Virus record (IMG/VR): IMGVR_UViG_2529292852_000001
Location: 32,714-96,713 of that record
Direction: 5' to 3' (one strand)
Length of the DNA stretch: 64,000 nt
From: a virus
Taxonomy: Duplodnaviria > Heunggongvirae > Uroviricota > Caudoviricetes
Position 1 is the first letter of the stretch. Every line of letters starts with the position of its first letter. Position numbers and translations under genes: made by a program. Below are positions 29,437 through 38,492 of this stretch, piece by piece. The notes below the pieces were generated by a model. It was not told the DNA's origin, did no database searches, and was given only the letters and a program-made list of their open reading frames with translations.

Positions 29437-30873
29437 GTTTCTTCTTTAGGTGTGGTTTTATTTTTAGCTCCACACTTAGTACATGTCCACTTTTCATCTT
29501 GCGTGATAACCGTACGTTCATGCCCACATTTCTTGCAAGTATCATTCATCTTATCTAGTAAATCCAAGCCTTCATCTAAGATGTTTTTAGCTGCGTTTAT
29601 GTCTTGATCATGGTGAGAATTACATACAGGACAAGTCCAATTACGATCCTTTAATTTAAGGTTGTGCTTAATGTAACCACAAGTATGGCAACGCTTTGAA
29701 GTTGGTGACCAACGATCAATAAACACAATCTTTTTATCAGCCCAGTCCATCATGTAAGTGAGCGTATCTCTAATTTCACGAAAGTTTGATCTAGTGATTG
29801 CTCTAGCACGGTATTTGTTCTTTTCCATGTCTGAAACAGCTAGGTCTTCCATAACGATTACATCATATTCATTAGCAAGCTTTGAACATGTCTTTTTAAT
29901 ATAGTCTTTTTTCAAGTTCTTAATACGTAAGTGTAACTTAGCAATTTTCTTTTTGTTCTTTTGGTAATTGCTACGTTCAGCTAAAGTAGGAACATGCTTT
30001 GGAATTAAGGCTTTTTTATTATCTTCTTCAATAATTGCGACCTCTTTTTTCCATTGTTCATACTTACGACTACGCTTTATGTTTTCTTTTTCAATCTTTT
30101 GTTCTAATTTTCTGATTTTGTCATATGGTAATTGATACCTTGTGCCATCTTGTAAAACAATATGACTATTACCTGTTACGTTTAAGTCAATGCCAGCTGC
30201 TAAACCAGTTCTAGGACGATCTACAGTATGTTCAGCTTGTTCAAACACAATTGACGCATACCAAGTATCGCTAGATTCATGCTTAATTGTTACTTTATAC
30301 AAACGACCATCACTAGGATAATGGTTAGCAATTTCAATTAAGCCTAACTTAAACTTCTTTAATTTACCTACTCTAAGGTAATTTCCATCTTCGCTTATAC
30401 CACAAACTTGAGCGCCTGAAGTATAGCTTCCGTTATTGTCAACGTCCATCGTTGTTTTAAATCTAGGAATACCAAAGTGTCTAGGGTTTTTCAAATGGTT
30501 GCTCATCGCTGTTTTTAAAGTACGTAAAGTGTAACTATACATACTAGTGTCAGCATCTTTCAAAGTCCAACCACTTTTAAATACAGTTTCATCAGCATCG
30601 TAAATTGCCTTAGTTGATAATTCACGTACACCTTTGAACAAATCACGTTGTTCTTCCCATGACATTCTTTCAATACGTTTGTAAACTTCTTTGCTTTGTT
30701 TATTTTTAGGTAAAGCTTGAACTTCATCTAATTCACTAACTGGCTTATAAACTTCAGCTAGTAACGCATTCCACATTTTGATGTTAGCAAACATATTAAA
30801 CGTTAAGTATGCTTGTTGTTCTTTAGTAGGATAAATTCTAATTCTACGACTTTCTAAAACTTTTTCTTCCATT
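29418..30873 (-). CDS. tnpB: TnpB paralog (~485 aa) with an extra C-terminal zinc ribbon. The annotated 551-aa ORF is probably over-extended at the 5' end
   Basis: RuvC-I GIDLNVTGN, RuvC-II VIVMEDL, ZnF CHTCG...CPVCN, RuvC-III QDINAAKNI, then a second ribbon CKKCG...CTKCG. The first 67 codons of the listed ORF are homologous to the noncoding scaffold. The internal Met (MEEKVLESRR) has RBS AAGGAG 9 nt upstream. Confidence 0.75.
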
Positions 30874-30879
30874 TTTTCC

Positions 30880-31073
30880 AACTCCTTTTTTGAGTTAACA
30901 TGTAATTTACGCATAGTCTTTTGGCTGACTACACCTAACGCTAACCCTTCCACAATGGACGTCTTTATTTGTGCCATCAGCACTTTTTGGGAACTCTTCA
31001 ACAAAGAAATGCAATTAGCAACACTTTGTTTGCGAAGATGTTTACCAAACTGTGAAGAGCAAGCACCCTCCAA
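30880..31073 (-). ncRNA. Decayed scaffold copy (5' leader of tnpB) without an adjoining repeat
   Basis: Minus strand GGAGGGTGCTTGCTCTTCACAGTTTGGTAAACATCTT...GAAGAGTTCCCAAAAAGTGCTGATGGCACAAATAAAG aligns with the scaffold 5' and 3' blocks. Confidence 0.45.
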
Positions 31074-31074
31074 T

Positions 31075-31138
31075 AACGATGGTAGGAATCGAACCTACGT
31101 CGCCTCGCTTTGCTCTACCATTGAGCTACATCGTTGTT
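31075..31138 (-). ncRNA. tRNA-like element (7-bp acceptor, canonical D-arm TAGCTCAATGGTAGAGCA, T-arm, no anticodon arm), immediately upstream of the tnpB leader
   Basis: Minus strand AACGATGTAGCTCAATGGTAGAGCAAAGCGAGGCGACGTAGGTTCGATTCCTACCATCGTTA. Confidence 0.5.
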
Positions 31139-31165
31139 TTGACTTTAATTAAGCCCATGATTTCA

Positions 31166-31399
31166 TTCTTACACCTATGTCAATTCAACTAGGTTCAGAA
31201 CATTTGATTGCACTATCGAACTCATCACGTCGTCTTACACCTATGTCAATTCAACTAGGTTCAGAACTATCCTAAGAGTAATTGGAGTCCACTCGAAGTC
31301 TTACACCTATGTCAATTTAACTAGGTTCAGAACGGATCTCCCAAGCGAAGGAATCGAAGGCACGTCTTGCGCCTATGTCAATTTAACTAGGCTCAGAAC
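31166..31399 (-). CRISPR. CRISPR-like mini-array D: 4 repeats (variant GTCTTACACCTATGTCAATTCAACTAGGTTCAGAAC), 3 spacers of 30 nt
   Basis: Repeats at 31166 (5' end degenerate), 31232, 31298 and 31364. Confidence 0.6.
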
Positions 31400-31539
31400 C
31401 ATTGTTTTCTAACCTATATTTAATTGTGACATAAGCTTCTTGGGAACTCCCCATGCTTGCGATGCCTTACTGTTAGTTTAACCAACAACACCGTAGAGGC
31501 TAGAGATATTAGCCAAGCTGTCGAGAACAAGCGTCCTCC
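31400..31539 (-). ncRNA. Conserved scaffold D with anti-repeat
   Basis: Homologous to scaffolds A-C. Confidence 0.5.
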
Positions 31540-31592
31540 TATTAGCATTAGCGGAGTCGAACCACTATTAAAGTAACCGTACATGCCAACCT
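31540..31592 (-). ncRNA. tRNA-like mini-element
   Basis: TATTAGCATTAGCGGAGTCGAACCACTATTAAAGTAACCGTACATGCCAACC (plus strand). Confidence 0.4.
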
Positions 31593-31669
31593 ACAATAAA
31601 CATAAAGGAGATGCAGGCTAAATTCCTGCGATAGACACAATGTACGCAGGGGTTAAGAAGAAACCCCCT

Positions 31670-31720
31670 ATTAGCACTGGTAGAATCGAACCACCATTAA
31701 GCAACCATACGTGCCAACCT
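31670..31720 (-). ncRNA. tRNA-like mini-element preceded by a GGGG..CCCC hairpin
   Basis: TTAGCACTGGTAGAATCGAACCACCATTAAGCAACCATACGTGCCAACC. Confidence 0.4.
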
Positions 31721-31774
31721 TGAGTAAATCATTCAGTACAATCACACCGCCGCCACGAACCCTAGATGGCGGCA

Positions 31775-31945
31775 GTCTTACACCTATGTCAATTCAACTA
31801 GGTTCAGAACCCTAACCTATATTTAATTGTGACACAAGTTTCTTGGGAACTCTTCTTACTTACAATGTTGCTAACTAAGTAATCTAAGTTGCAACACTGT
31901 AGAGGCTAAAAATATTAACCAAGCTGTCGAGAACAAGCGTCCTCC
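31775..31945 (-). ncRNA. Solo repeat (31775-31810) fused to a scaffold copy (31811-31945)
   Basis: One perfect D-type repeat followed directly by CCTAACCTATATTTAATTGTGACACAAG...GCGTCCTCC. Confidence 0.5.
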
Positions 31946-31996
31946 TATTAGCACTAGTGGAATCGAACCACTACAAGATAACCGTATGTACTAGCC
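31946..31996 (-). ncRNA. tRNA-like mini-element
   Basis: TATTAGCACTAGTGGAATCGAACCACTACAAGATAACCGTATGTACTAGCC. Confidence 0.4.
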
Positions 31997-32067
31997 TCAT
32001 AAGTAACTTTATAGAAAAGGAGTTTGTTACATAACCACTCATACATGGGAGTATTATTACACTCCCT

Positions 32068-32123
32068 ATTAGCATAGCTAGAATCGAACTAACTTTTATT
32101 CCAAAATGCTTATATTTGCTAAG
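32068..32123 (-). ncRNA. tRNA-like mini-element (variant type, as at 40806-40860) preceded by a GGGAGT..ACTCCC hairpin
   Basis: ATTAGCATAGCTAGAATCGAACTAACTTTTATTCCAAAATGCTT. Confidence 0.35.
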
Positions 32124-32132
32124 TTATGATAA

Positions 32133-32432
32133 GTCTTACACCTATGTCAATTCAACTAGGCTCAGAACCTCGTCTAAGGCTTTTTAATTGTTCTTCTGGT
32201 CTTACACCTATGTCATTTAACCTAGGTTCAGAACTGAAAGGAGATGATTAAATTGAGCAATATAGTCTTACACCTATGTCAATTCAACTAGGTTCAGAAC
32301 CTACTTTGAAATCACTACATCATAACCACGGTCTTACACCTATGTCAATTCAACTAGGTTCAGAACCCTTGACTAATAGTGATAAACGTATCAGATGTCT
32401 TACACCTATGTCAATTCAACTAGGTTCAGAAC
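32133..32432 (-). CRISPR. CRISPR-like mini-array E: 5 repeats (36 nt), 4 spacers (30 nt)
   Basis: Repeats at 32133, 32199, 32265, 32331 and 32397. Confidence 0.65.
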
Positions 32433-32575
32433 CGTTATTTTCTAACCTATATTTAATTGTGACATAAGTTTCTTGGGAACTCTTCTTACTTGCAATGGCG
32501 CTAACTAAGTAATTTTAATTGCGACACTGTAGAGGCTAAAGATATTAACCAAGCTGTCGAGAACAAGCGTCCTCC
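32433..32575 (-). ncRNA. Conserved scaffold E with anti-repeat (middle section is of the variant family)
   Basis: CGTTATTTTCTAACCTATATTTAATTGTGACATAAG...CTGTAGAGGCTAAAGATATTAACCAAGCTGTCGAGAACAAGCGTCCTCC. Confidence 0.5.
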
Positions 32576-32640
32576 AATAGCGATGGCAGGAGTCGAACCC
32601 ACTTGATTGCTCTACCGTTGAGCTACACCGCTACACCAAA
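32576..32640 (-). ncRNA. tRNA-like element with a canonical D-arm (TAGCTCAACGGTAGAGCA) and T-arm, no anticodon arm
   Basis: Minus strand GTAGCGGTGTAGCTCAACGGTAGAGCAATCAAGTGGGTTCGACTCCTGCCATCGCTATT. Confidence 0.45.
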
Positions 32641-32981
32641 ATGTACATAACGAATAAAGATAAAGTTAAGATTATAAGGGTTGTGCTAATGCTTACAGGA
32701 ACGATAGAGGCTTACATGTAGTTTACTGATGTCCCTGTAGGCTTAACCCTTTGCCTTACGTTTATTATGATACACTATCTCGCACCCTAAGTCAAATGTT
32801 TTTGTATACTTTTTTAAAATAAAATTCAAAAAAGTTGAAAAATAAAAAAAGCCACAAGCCTAGGTAACCCTAAGTGTAGCTTTCTTTTACACAGCAAAAC
32901 AAACATTAAGGAGCCTTAACTGTTTTTCGCTAGTTTTATTCTAGCATAAACATTAGTGTTTTCCCAGCGGTTGTAGCTGAG

Positions 32982-33173
32982 TTAATAACGTTCTTTCAAT
33001 TGCTCGTTAGCAAACTCTATAATAGCTTGTATATCTTCTTTTGTAGCAACTCTTAGAAAACTCTTTGCCGTACTTCTTTTGCTTAGGTATCGCTTATGCT
33101 CTCGGTTTTGCTCGTTCCATTTTCTGTTATAAGCTACTTGCTTTTTTATTTTATCATTAGTTTCTTTTGCCAT
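32982..33173 (-). CDS. Hypothetical small basic protein
   Basis: 63-aa ORF flanked by ~30-bp direct repeats (32851-32885 and 33351-33385). Confidence 0.3.
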   Translation of the reverse strand: MAKETNDKIKKQVAYNRKWNEQNREHKRYLSKRSTAKSFLRVATKEDIQAIIEFANEQLKERY

Positions 33174-33425
33174 TTTGTAACGCTTCTTTCAATTGTTTTT
33201 CTTTACTTTTGAGTCTATGCCATGTATTATTGTATATGAAAAGAGAGCAAACAGTTGCGACCTGCTTGCCCTCAAGCGTGAATGTTTAAGACTATTGTGG
33301 TGTATAAGCTGGTTACGATTATTTAAAATCGTGATTAGCTTTTTTTATAAACTAGGTAACCCTAGATGCAGCTTTCTTTTATTGTATGTGATATAATGTA
33401 TTTGCAGCATTACATATGACTGACT

Positions 33426-33468
33426 TAAAAACTCCACCCAATCATGAGTGGAGTTCTTTTATTTTTTG
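33426..33468. terminator. Bidirectional terminator
   Basis: AACTCCACCCAATCATGAGTGGAGTT followed by a T-run. Confidence 0.5.
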
Positions 33469-33505
33469 GCAAAGACTAACGATAACGTAGTTTTTGCCGT
33501 TTTTC

Positions 33506-34162
33506 TTATCTTTGATACACCTTTCCATTAATCTTTATATGCCTATCGTCCACAAGCTTTACCTTATCGCCTTTATTAACCTTTTTCCAAATGTTTTCAG
33601 GCACGAAGATTACTTTGTCACCAACTTTGATCCAACGTCTAGGCTTACCTTGATTGTCAGTTGGAATGTTTGCTGGTGCAACGTTGTTTCTATTTTGGCT
33701 ATTAAGCAAGATCCAGTAAGGAATCCAATAGTAGTAACTACTGTAGATGCTGTTTGCAGAACGTCCTGGGTAGTTTCTTGCATAATAGTTAGACCATCTG
33801 CTGTAACTAGATCTTTGATTACTGTCAGTCAAACTCTTATACTCACTCATGCTGCCAATGCTTCTACGAACGTTACTACCAGCCTGCAATCCATTTTTCG
33901 ATCCAGTGCTTGTTATAGGCGATGTCCTAACTGGAGAAGTTGGCCCTTTATTAATGTTAGCCTTAGGTGATGTACGTGGAGTAGTCCGTGCGCTTATTCG
34001 TGGTGACGTTCTTCTAGGACTAACTCTCGGTGTTGATCTAACCGTTACGTGTGGGGTTGTAGCACGTGATGTACTTACTGCTTGACCGTTAGCTGGGAGC
34101 AAGCTCAAAGTTAAGCCACAAACAACGAGGCTCAATAAAAGTTTTCTATTCACCTTTGTCAC
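33506..34162 (-). CDS. Secreted protein with SPR/TSPR-rich repeats
   Basis: Signal peptide. TPRVSPRRTSPRISARTTPRTSPK repeats. Locally GC-rich. Confidence 0.45.
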   Translation of the reverse strand: MTKVNRKLLLSLVVCGLTLSLLPANGQAVSTSRATTPHVTVRSTPRVSPRRTSPRISARTTPRTSPKANINKGPTSPVRTSPITSTGSKNGLQAGSNVRRSIGSMSEYKSLTDSNQRSSYSRWSNYYARNYPGRSANSIYSSYYYWIPYWILLNSQNRNNVAPANIPTDNQGKPRRWIKVGDKVIFVPENIWKKVNKGDKVKLVDDRHIKINGKVYQR

Positions 34163-34581
34163 TCACTTTCCCACTAATGTTAGTATCTTGCAAATTGTAC
34201 ATCTGGCTATAAGGTGAACGATGAATGTACCAGCCATTATCAGTTTTAACAACATATGGTGTATCTAGGTCTGCCTGGATAACTTCAGCAAACTTGTCGC
34301 CAAAAGTTTCAGTAGAAACGTTCTTATAAGCTATTTTCCCATGCGAATAATAACCAATAGTATAAGTTATCGCTATCGTGGGTTGTACGGCTTTCAAAAA
34401 ATGCTAACTTATACACCTTACTATGAGTATTTTCTTTCTTGGCTTTCTGATAACTCAAGCGAGAACTAGCAATGGTATCAGGGTCACTGTTAGCAGAAAC
34501 TCCACTATCCAAACAACCAGTTAGCGTAACCCCAGCCATCATTGTAATCCCAGCAACTAACAACTTCTTGTATAAACTCAT
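34146..34581 (-). pseudogene. Lipoprotein gene apparently split by a frameshift (ORFs 34324-34656 and 34146-34397 overlap)
   Basis: Lipobox LTGC after MSLYKKLLVAGITMMAGV. The downstream ORF continues a plausible mature domain in another frame. Confidence 0.3.
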
Positions 34582-34649
34582 ATTCAGTCCTTCTTTTCTA
34601 CTTTTCTTCCTGCATTTTAGCAACTTTTGCTTCAGCTTCTTCGATGGAA

Positions 34650-35474
34650 TTAGCATTGACTATAATGTTCCCATGCACTTTTCCGTCTACCACGTCGATT
34701 TGGTACCAACCCATATTTCTTCACTCCTTCCAAGCCGTTTTCAAAGTATTTAAAGCGTTCGTAATAGCTTAAGTATCGGCTCTTTTTAACTTCTAAATTC
34801 CTAGGGTTAACTTTTAGTTTAGCTACCCAATCACCCTTACGTTGATAGTTGCTACAGATGAGTATGTTCTCTTGTGGATCGTCATCTTTAACGTAAGGCA
34901 TACCTACTTGTTCAATCGTGATGTCTTTTAAACCAAACTTAGTAGCGTAGAATCCATGTTCAATTCGGCCACGATAAGTGCCAACCATCGCTGTGAAATG
35001 AATTGTATCGCCAACTGAGATATAAATAGTTTGATCATCGCTATTTTCAAAGTTAGTAATATCAGAAAACCTAATCCATAAATGAGTGGCTAGTTTCCTG
35101 AACATATCAACTCTAGTTGCACCTTGAGTGTACTTGTATTCACTGAAATAAGATTGTTCAACTAACAGTTGACTATTCCATGGATCCTCAGGGTCGATTT
35201 TAATGTCAGATACGATTGCAAATACGTCTAATTTAGTGTTGACGTAATCTTGTAAAACAAAGCGACTAGAGCTTTTTTCAGGCTTTGTTTGTAGTAAGAG
35301 TGCAGCTGTAGCTATTCTAGCTTGATTAGCGTTTTGTTTAACTTCCTTGTAACCACTTAGGATAAAGCCAAACGGTGAATGATGTTTATCAGCCGTTGGA
35401 ATTTTAGGTACAGTTTGTTTTTGCTCTTGTTTTTTGTTTTTCTTTAAGCGTTTAGCATACTTCTTTTTATCCAT
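34650..35474 (-). CDS. Hypothetical protein
   Basis: 274-aa ORF with a basic N-terminus. Confidence 0.35.
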   Translation of the reverse strand: MDKKKYAKRLKKNKKQEQKQTVPKIPTADKHHSPFGFILSGYKEVKQNANQARIATAALLLQTKPEKSSSRFVLQDYVNTKLDVFAIVSDIKIDPEDPWNSQLLVEQSYFSEYKYTQGATRVDMFRKLATHLWIRFSDITNFENSDDQTIYISVGDTIHFTAMVGTYRGRIEHGFYATKFGLKDITIEQVGMPYVKDDDPQENILICSNYQRKGDWVAKLKVNPRNLEVKKSRYLSYYERFKYFENGLEGVKKYGLVPNRRGRRKSAWEHYSQC

Positions 35475-35569
35475 AATTCATCAACCCCTTTTGATTAATT
35501 TTTATTACAAACGGACGTAAAACCTATGATTTTAGTCGTGGAATATAAGCTCTAGTTTGCCTAAACAAA

Positions 35570-36946
35570 CTAAATATTTTCCATTTTCTTTTCCAACATT
35601 CCATTTACATGATATAAGCTAATTACATTTTTAACTGTGCCATATTTACCGTTTTGGAAAACAATGCCCTTTCCTCTACTATTAACTCCTTTGACTCTTT
35701 CAATCCTGTTAGTTCTGGTATTTAACACAACATCATGTGGTCTTAATTGATAATGACCTCTTCTAATCGAAACACGACCCTTTTTAACTTTTTCTTTTCT
35801 AAATTGTCTTAAATTGTCATAATTAAGCTCTTGGGATCGTCTAGTTCTCCCTGAACTTAACTCTTTACCAGCTTTTTGTTTACCATCGCGACAATCAATA
35901 TACTTAGCGTCATAAAACAACTGTAATATACGATTATTATTCCTTAACTTTTGTCTCGAATAAACATTGTTTGTTCTAAGGGTTGTATCAGTTCCACCAG
36001 CAATCACAAAAGCGTCATTTAAGTGAGATTTTTCAATCTTATACTTTTGTCTTAGGTTAGCGGTTAGATAACCTTGAGTTGTCGTATATTCATCAAAATA
36101 ATTGCTTAATCTTGTTGCTAAAATGCTCATAAAATAAGCTCCACGATAATCAATCGTCTTTTGCCGATTTTGTCTTAATTTAGCTAAGACACCATTATTG
36201 TGATTAGCTTGATTATGGTTAATATCTGACAATAAAACTAAGTTATCTGGCTGATTAGAACCACCATCTTTTCGCTGCACTAAGTGATGAACTCTTAATT
36301 GACTAGCTGGATATTGTTTACCATCTAAAGCATCACGATAGTTATCTCTAGCTAGTAGATAATCCTTAATCGTCTTAAAACCATACATCTTACCTTTTTG
36401 ATACTGCCAGGCTTTAATATTTGGATTAGCTAGTTTTTGATTATCAAATGGTGTAACTTCAACGACTAAATTAGTAATGGGTAAAAACGTATATAAACGT
36501 TTGATTTCTTTAATTGTAAAATCTAATCTGTGTTGAATACTAGGAGCTAACCAGCCGTCTTTACGTCTACGATTATCAAATCTAGCTTGACGGTATCTTA
36601 AATGTCCTCTTCGAGTACGTCTTAATTCTCTTCGACTAGTAATTCGATCTTTTTCTGACTTTCTTAAGCTTTCTGACGCATAATATTCACGTTGGTTTCC
36701 AACAACAGATAATCCTAAGTGAAAACCAGCATCTACTCCTAAAGTTAAATTTTGTGTATTTGTAGTAACAGGTCTGACAAATTGGATAGTCTTACGACTA
36801 TTTCCGAACCATCTTGCTTGACCTGTTTTTAACCAACGACGCACCATGCCTAATCTTGAAGTTGGCATGAGTGGTGTGCCGTTGGAGTCTACTACATAGA
36901 TATAATTAAATTTTTTGATTTCTGACATCATGCCAACTCCTTTCAA
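35570..36946 (-). CDS. iscB: IscB RNA-guided nuclease, copy 2
   Basis: Same motifs as copy 1 (PLMP, RuvC, HNH), with a handful of substitutions. Confidence 0.8.
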   Translation of the reverse strand: MKGVGMMSEIKKFNYIYVVDSNGTPLMPTSRLGMVRRWLKTGQARWFGNSRKTIQFVRPVTTNTQNLTLGVDAGFHLGLSVVGNQREYYASESLRKSEKDRITSRRELRRTRRGHLRYRQARFDNRRRKDGWLAPSIQHRLDFTIKEIKRLYTFLPITNLVVEVTPFDNQKLANPNIKAWQYQKGKMYGFKTIKDYLLARDNYRDALDGKQYPASQLRVHHLVQRKDGGSNQPDNLVLLSDINHNQANHNNGVLAKLRQNRQKTIDYRGAYFMSILATRLSNYFDEYTTTQGYLTANLRQKYKIEKSHLNDAFVIAGGTDTTLRTNNVYSRQKLRNNNRILQLFYDAKYIDCRDGKQKAGKELSSGRTRRSQELNYDNLRQFRKEKVKKGRVSIRRGHYQLRPHDVVLNTRTNRIERVKGVNSRGKGIVFQNGKYGTVKNVISLYHVNGMLEKKMENI

Positions 36947-37194
36947 TAATTGTAATTCGCACCTAACATAAAGTTGGTACGTGTGTACCCTTCGCCAATG
37001 TTATAGGTTGGTTTAATGTTAATTACACTGAGCCTGAACTCAACTCTGTTTAATAATTAACCGTAGAGTCTAAGACTAGGGTGGCATCTTAGAGTACCTA
37101 TCTATTCAACCCTAACGTAGTTACTTAAAACTTAGGCTAATCAACCAGCTTGCATTTCTACAAGCCACCTACTTTAGTCGGTGGTTCTGTTGAC
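36947..37194 (-). ncRNA. Putative IscB omega-RNA scaffold, copy 2
   Basis: Conserved with 17705-17949. Confidence 0.5.
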
Positions 37195-37389
37195 CTACTT
37201 TGCCAAATAGTCTTTTACGCTGTCACTAGCAGCTTGGTCTAACTTACGTCTGTGATATAGTCGATTACCCATGCACCAAGGACAAGTTCCATGGTTACGG
37301 CAAGTTTGGTCTACAGCTTTTGAGCCGTAATAAGGTTTGCGATGTTCTTTTCCATGTTTGATTGCTTTTTCTAAGCCCATATAAATCAC
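37195..37389 (-). CDS. Small Cys-rich (zinc-ribbon-like) protein
   Basis: CRNHGTCPWC motif. 64 aa. Confidence 0.35.
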   Translation of the reverse strand: MIYMGLEKAIKHGKEHRKPYYGSKAVDQTCRNHGTCPWCMGNRLYHRRKLDQAASDSVKDYLAK

Positions 37390-37409
37390 CTCTTTTTGAC
37401 AACACTAAC

Positions 37410-38477
37410 CTAAGCCACAGCGTATTGAGGTTTAGTTCCAAAGCTAGTTAAGCTATTGACTTCAATTAGTTCATCTTGAGCTAATTCAAAGTTGTCAGAC
37501 AAGTATGTCTTAATGCTATTAGCGATGTTGTTACGAATGTAAGAATACATAAAGCTTTCAGTGTTTCTAACCTTTTCTTGACCTTTGTAAATAATTTCAG
37601 TCATTCTAATTAATGCAGACTCTAAGCCTTTGATTAACAAGCTGTTAGTTTCAAATCTTGTAGCTTCTTGACTTGCAGGATTGTATAACCAATTAGAACT
37701 AGACAATAACTTATTAGTTACTTGGCTTTTAGCTTTAAAGATAGTATTAACAATAAACTTAGCTTGTTTGTAATCACCTTGAGCTAAGATTTTAACTCTA
37801 CCCCATACAGCAGGAGTTAAAACGTTAGATATTCTGTTTTTCAAAGCTAACATAGCTGTTCTATTAACGTTGTAGTCTACCTTTGAGTCGATAGAAGAAG
37901 GAGATGGTTGATTGCTAACTTTTTGTAAGTTAGGATCTGATTCATATGTTTCATTTGTATTATTATATATATCTCTCTTAGAGTCTTTCTCACTTATAGG
38001 ATTATTTTTCATGCCTGTAGCTGAATTATCTTCACTCACGTACTGGTCAATTATTCTAACAAGGTCTTCATTAACGTTATTACTATCGTTGATACTATTA
38101 CTTTTATCAGTACTTTGAACCTTTTTTTGAACACTCGCTTGTGGTTCATGCACGTAGATTTTATAATGCTTTAAACCAAGTCTTTTTACGCTAATTAAAC
38201 CATGGTTAACTAACTCTTTACGTAACTTAGATACAGTTCTGCTAGTTGTACGTACTTTTTCAGCTGCTTCTTCATTAGTGAAGATAATGTATGGATTACC
38301 TTTTTCATCAACAAAATCTTTATTACCTTTTTTAGCACTATTGATAGAGCAAGTTAAACGTCTTGCATAAAATGAATACAGTAAGATTGATAAACCACTT
38401 AAGTCCTTGTATTTTTCATCTTCAATTAATGTATCTGATACTTTTGTGAATGTTCCTTCAACGTTGGTTTTAGTCAT
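37410..38477 (-). CDS. RepA_N-family plasmid replication initiator
   Basis: N-terminus FTKVSDTLIEDEKYKDLSGLSILLYSFYARRL...NPYIIFTNEEAAEKVRTTSRTVSKLRKELVNHGLISVKRLG matches the RepA_N winged-helix pattern of Firmicute theta plasmids. Confidence 0.6.
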   Translation of the reverse strand: MTKTNVEGTFTKVSDTLIEDEKYKDLSGLSILLYSFYARRLTCSINSAKKGNKDFVDEKGNPYIIFTNEEAAEKVRTTSRTVSKLRKELVNHGLISVKRLGLKHYKIYVHEPQASVQKKVQSTDKSNSINDSNNVNEDLVRIIDQYVSEDNSATGMKNNPISEKDSKRDIYNNTNETYESDPNLQKVSNQPSPSSIDSKVDYNVNRTAMLALKNRISNVLTPAVWGRVKILAQGDYKQAKFIVNTIFKAKSQVTNKLLSSSNWLYNPASQEATRFETNSLLIKGLESALIRMTEIIYKGQEKVRNTESFMYSYIRNNIANSIKTYLSDNFELAQDELIEVNSLTSFGTKPQYAVA

Positions 38478-38492
38478 AATAAAATTTCCTTT

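Larger units (their letters stand above)
35499..37194 (-). mobile_element. IS200/IS605-family IscB-only element, copy 2 (~1.70 kb)
   Basis: Near-identical to copy 1 end to end. The left end abuts the stop codon of ORF 37195-37389. Confidence 0.7.

Noticed and set aside
27421-32432. Arrays as a canonical type II (Cas9) CRISPR locus, because 36-nt repeats with 30-nt spacers read GT…AAC on the plus strand
   Set aside because: There is no cas9, cas1, cas2 or csn2 in 64 kb. The co-oriented neighbours are tnpB genes, and the scaffold sits in the TnpB reRNA position. The plus-strand alternative (spacer-repeat-antirepeat-tail, sgRNA/IscB-like) remains formally possible and is noted in the finding.
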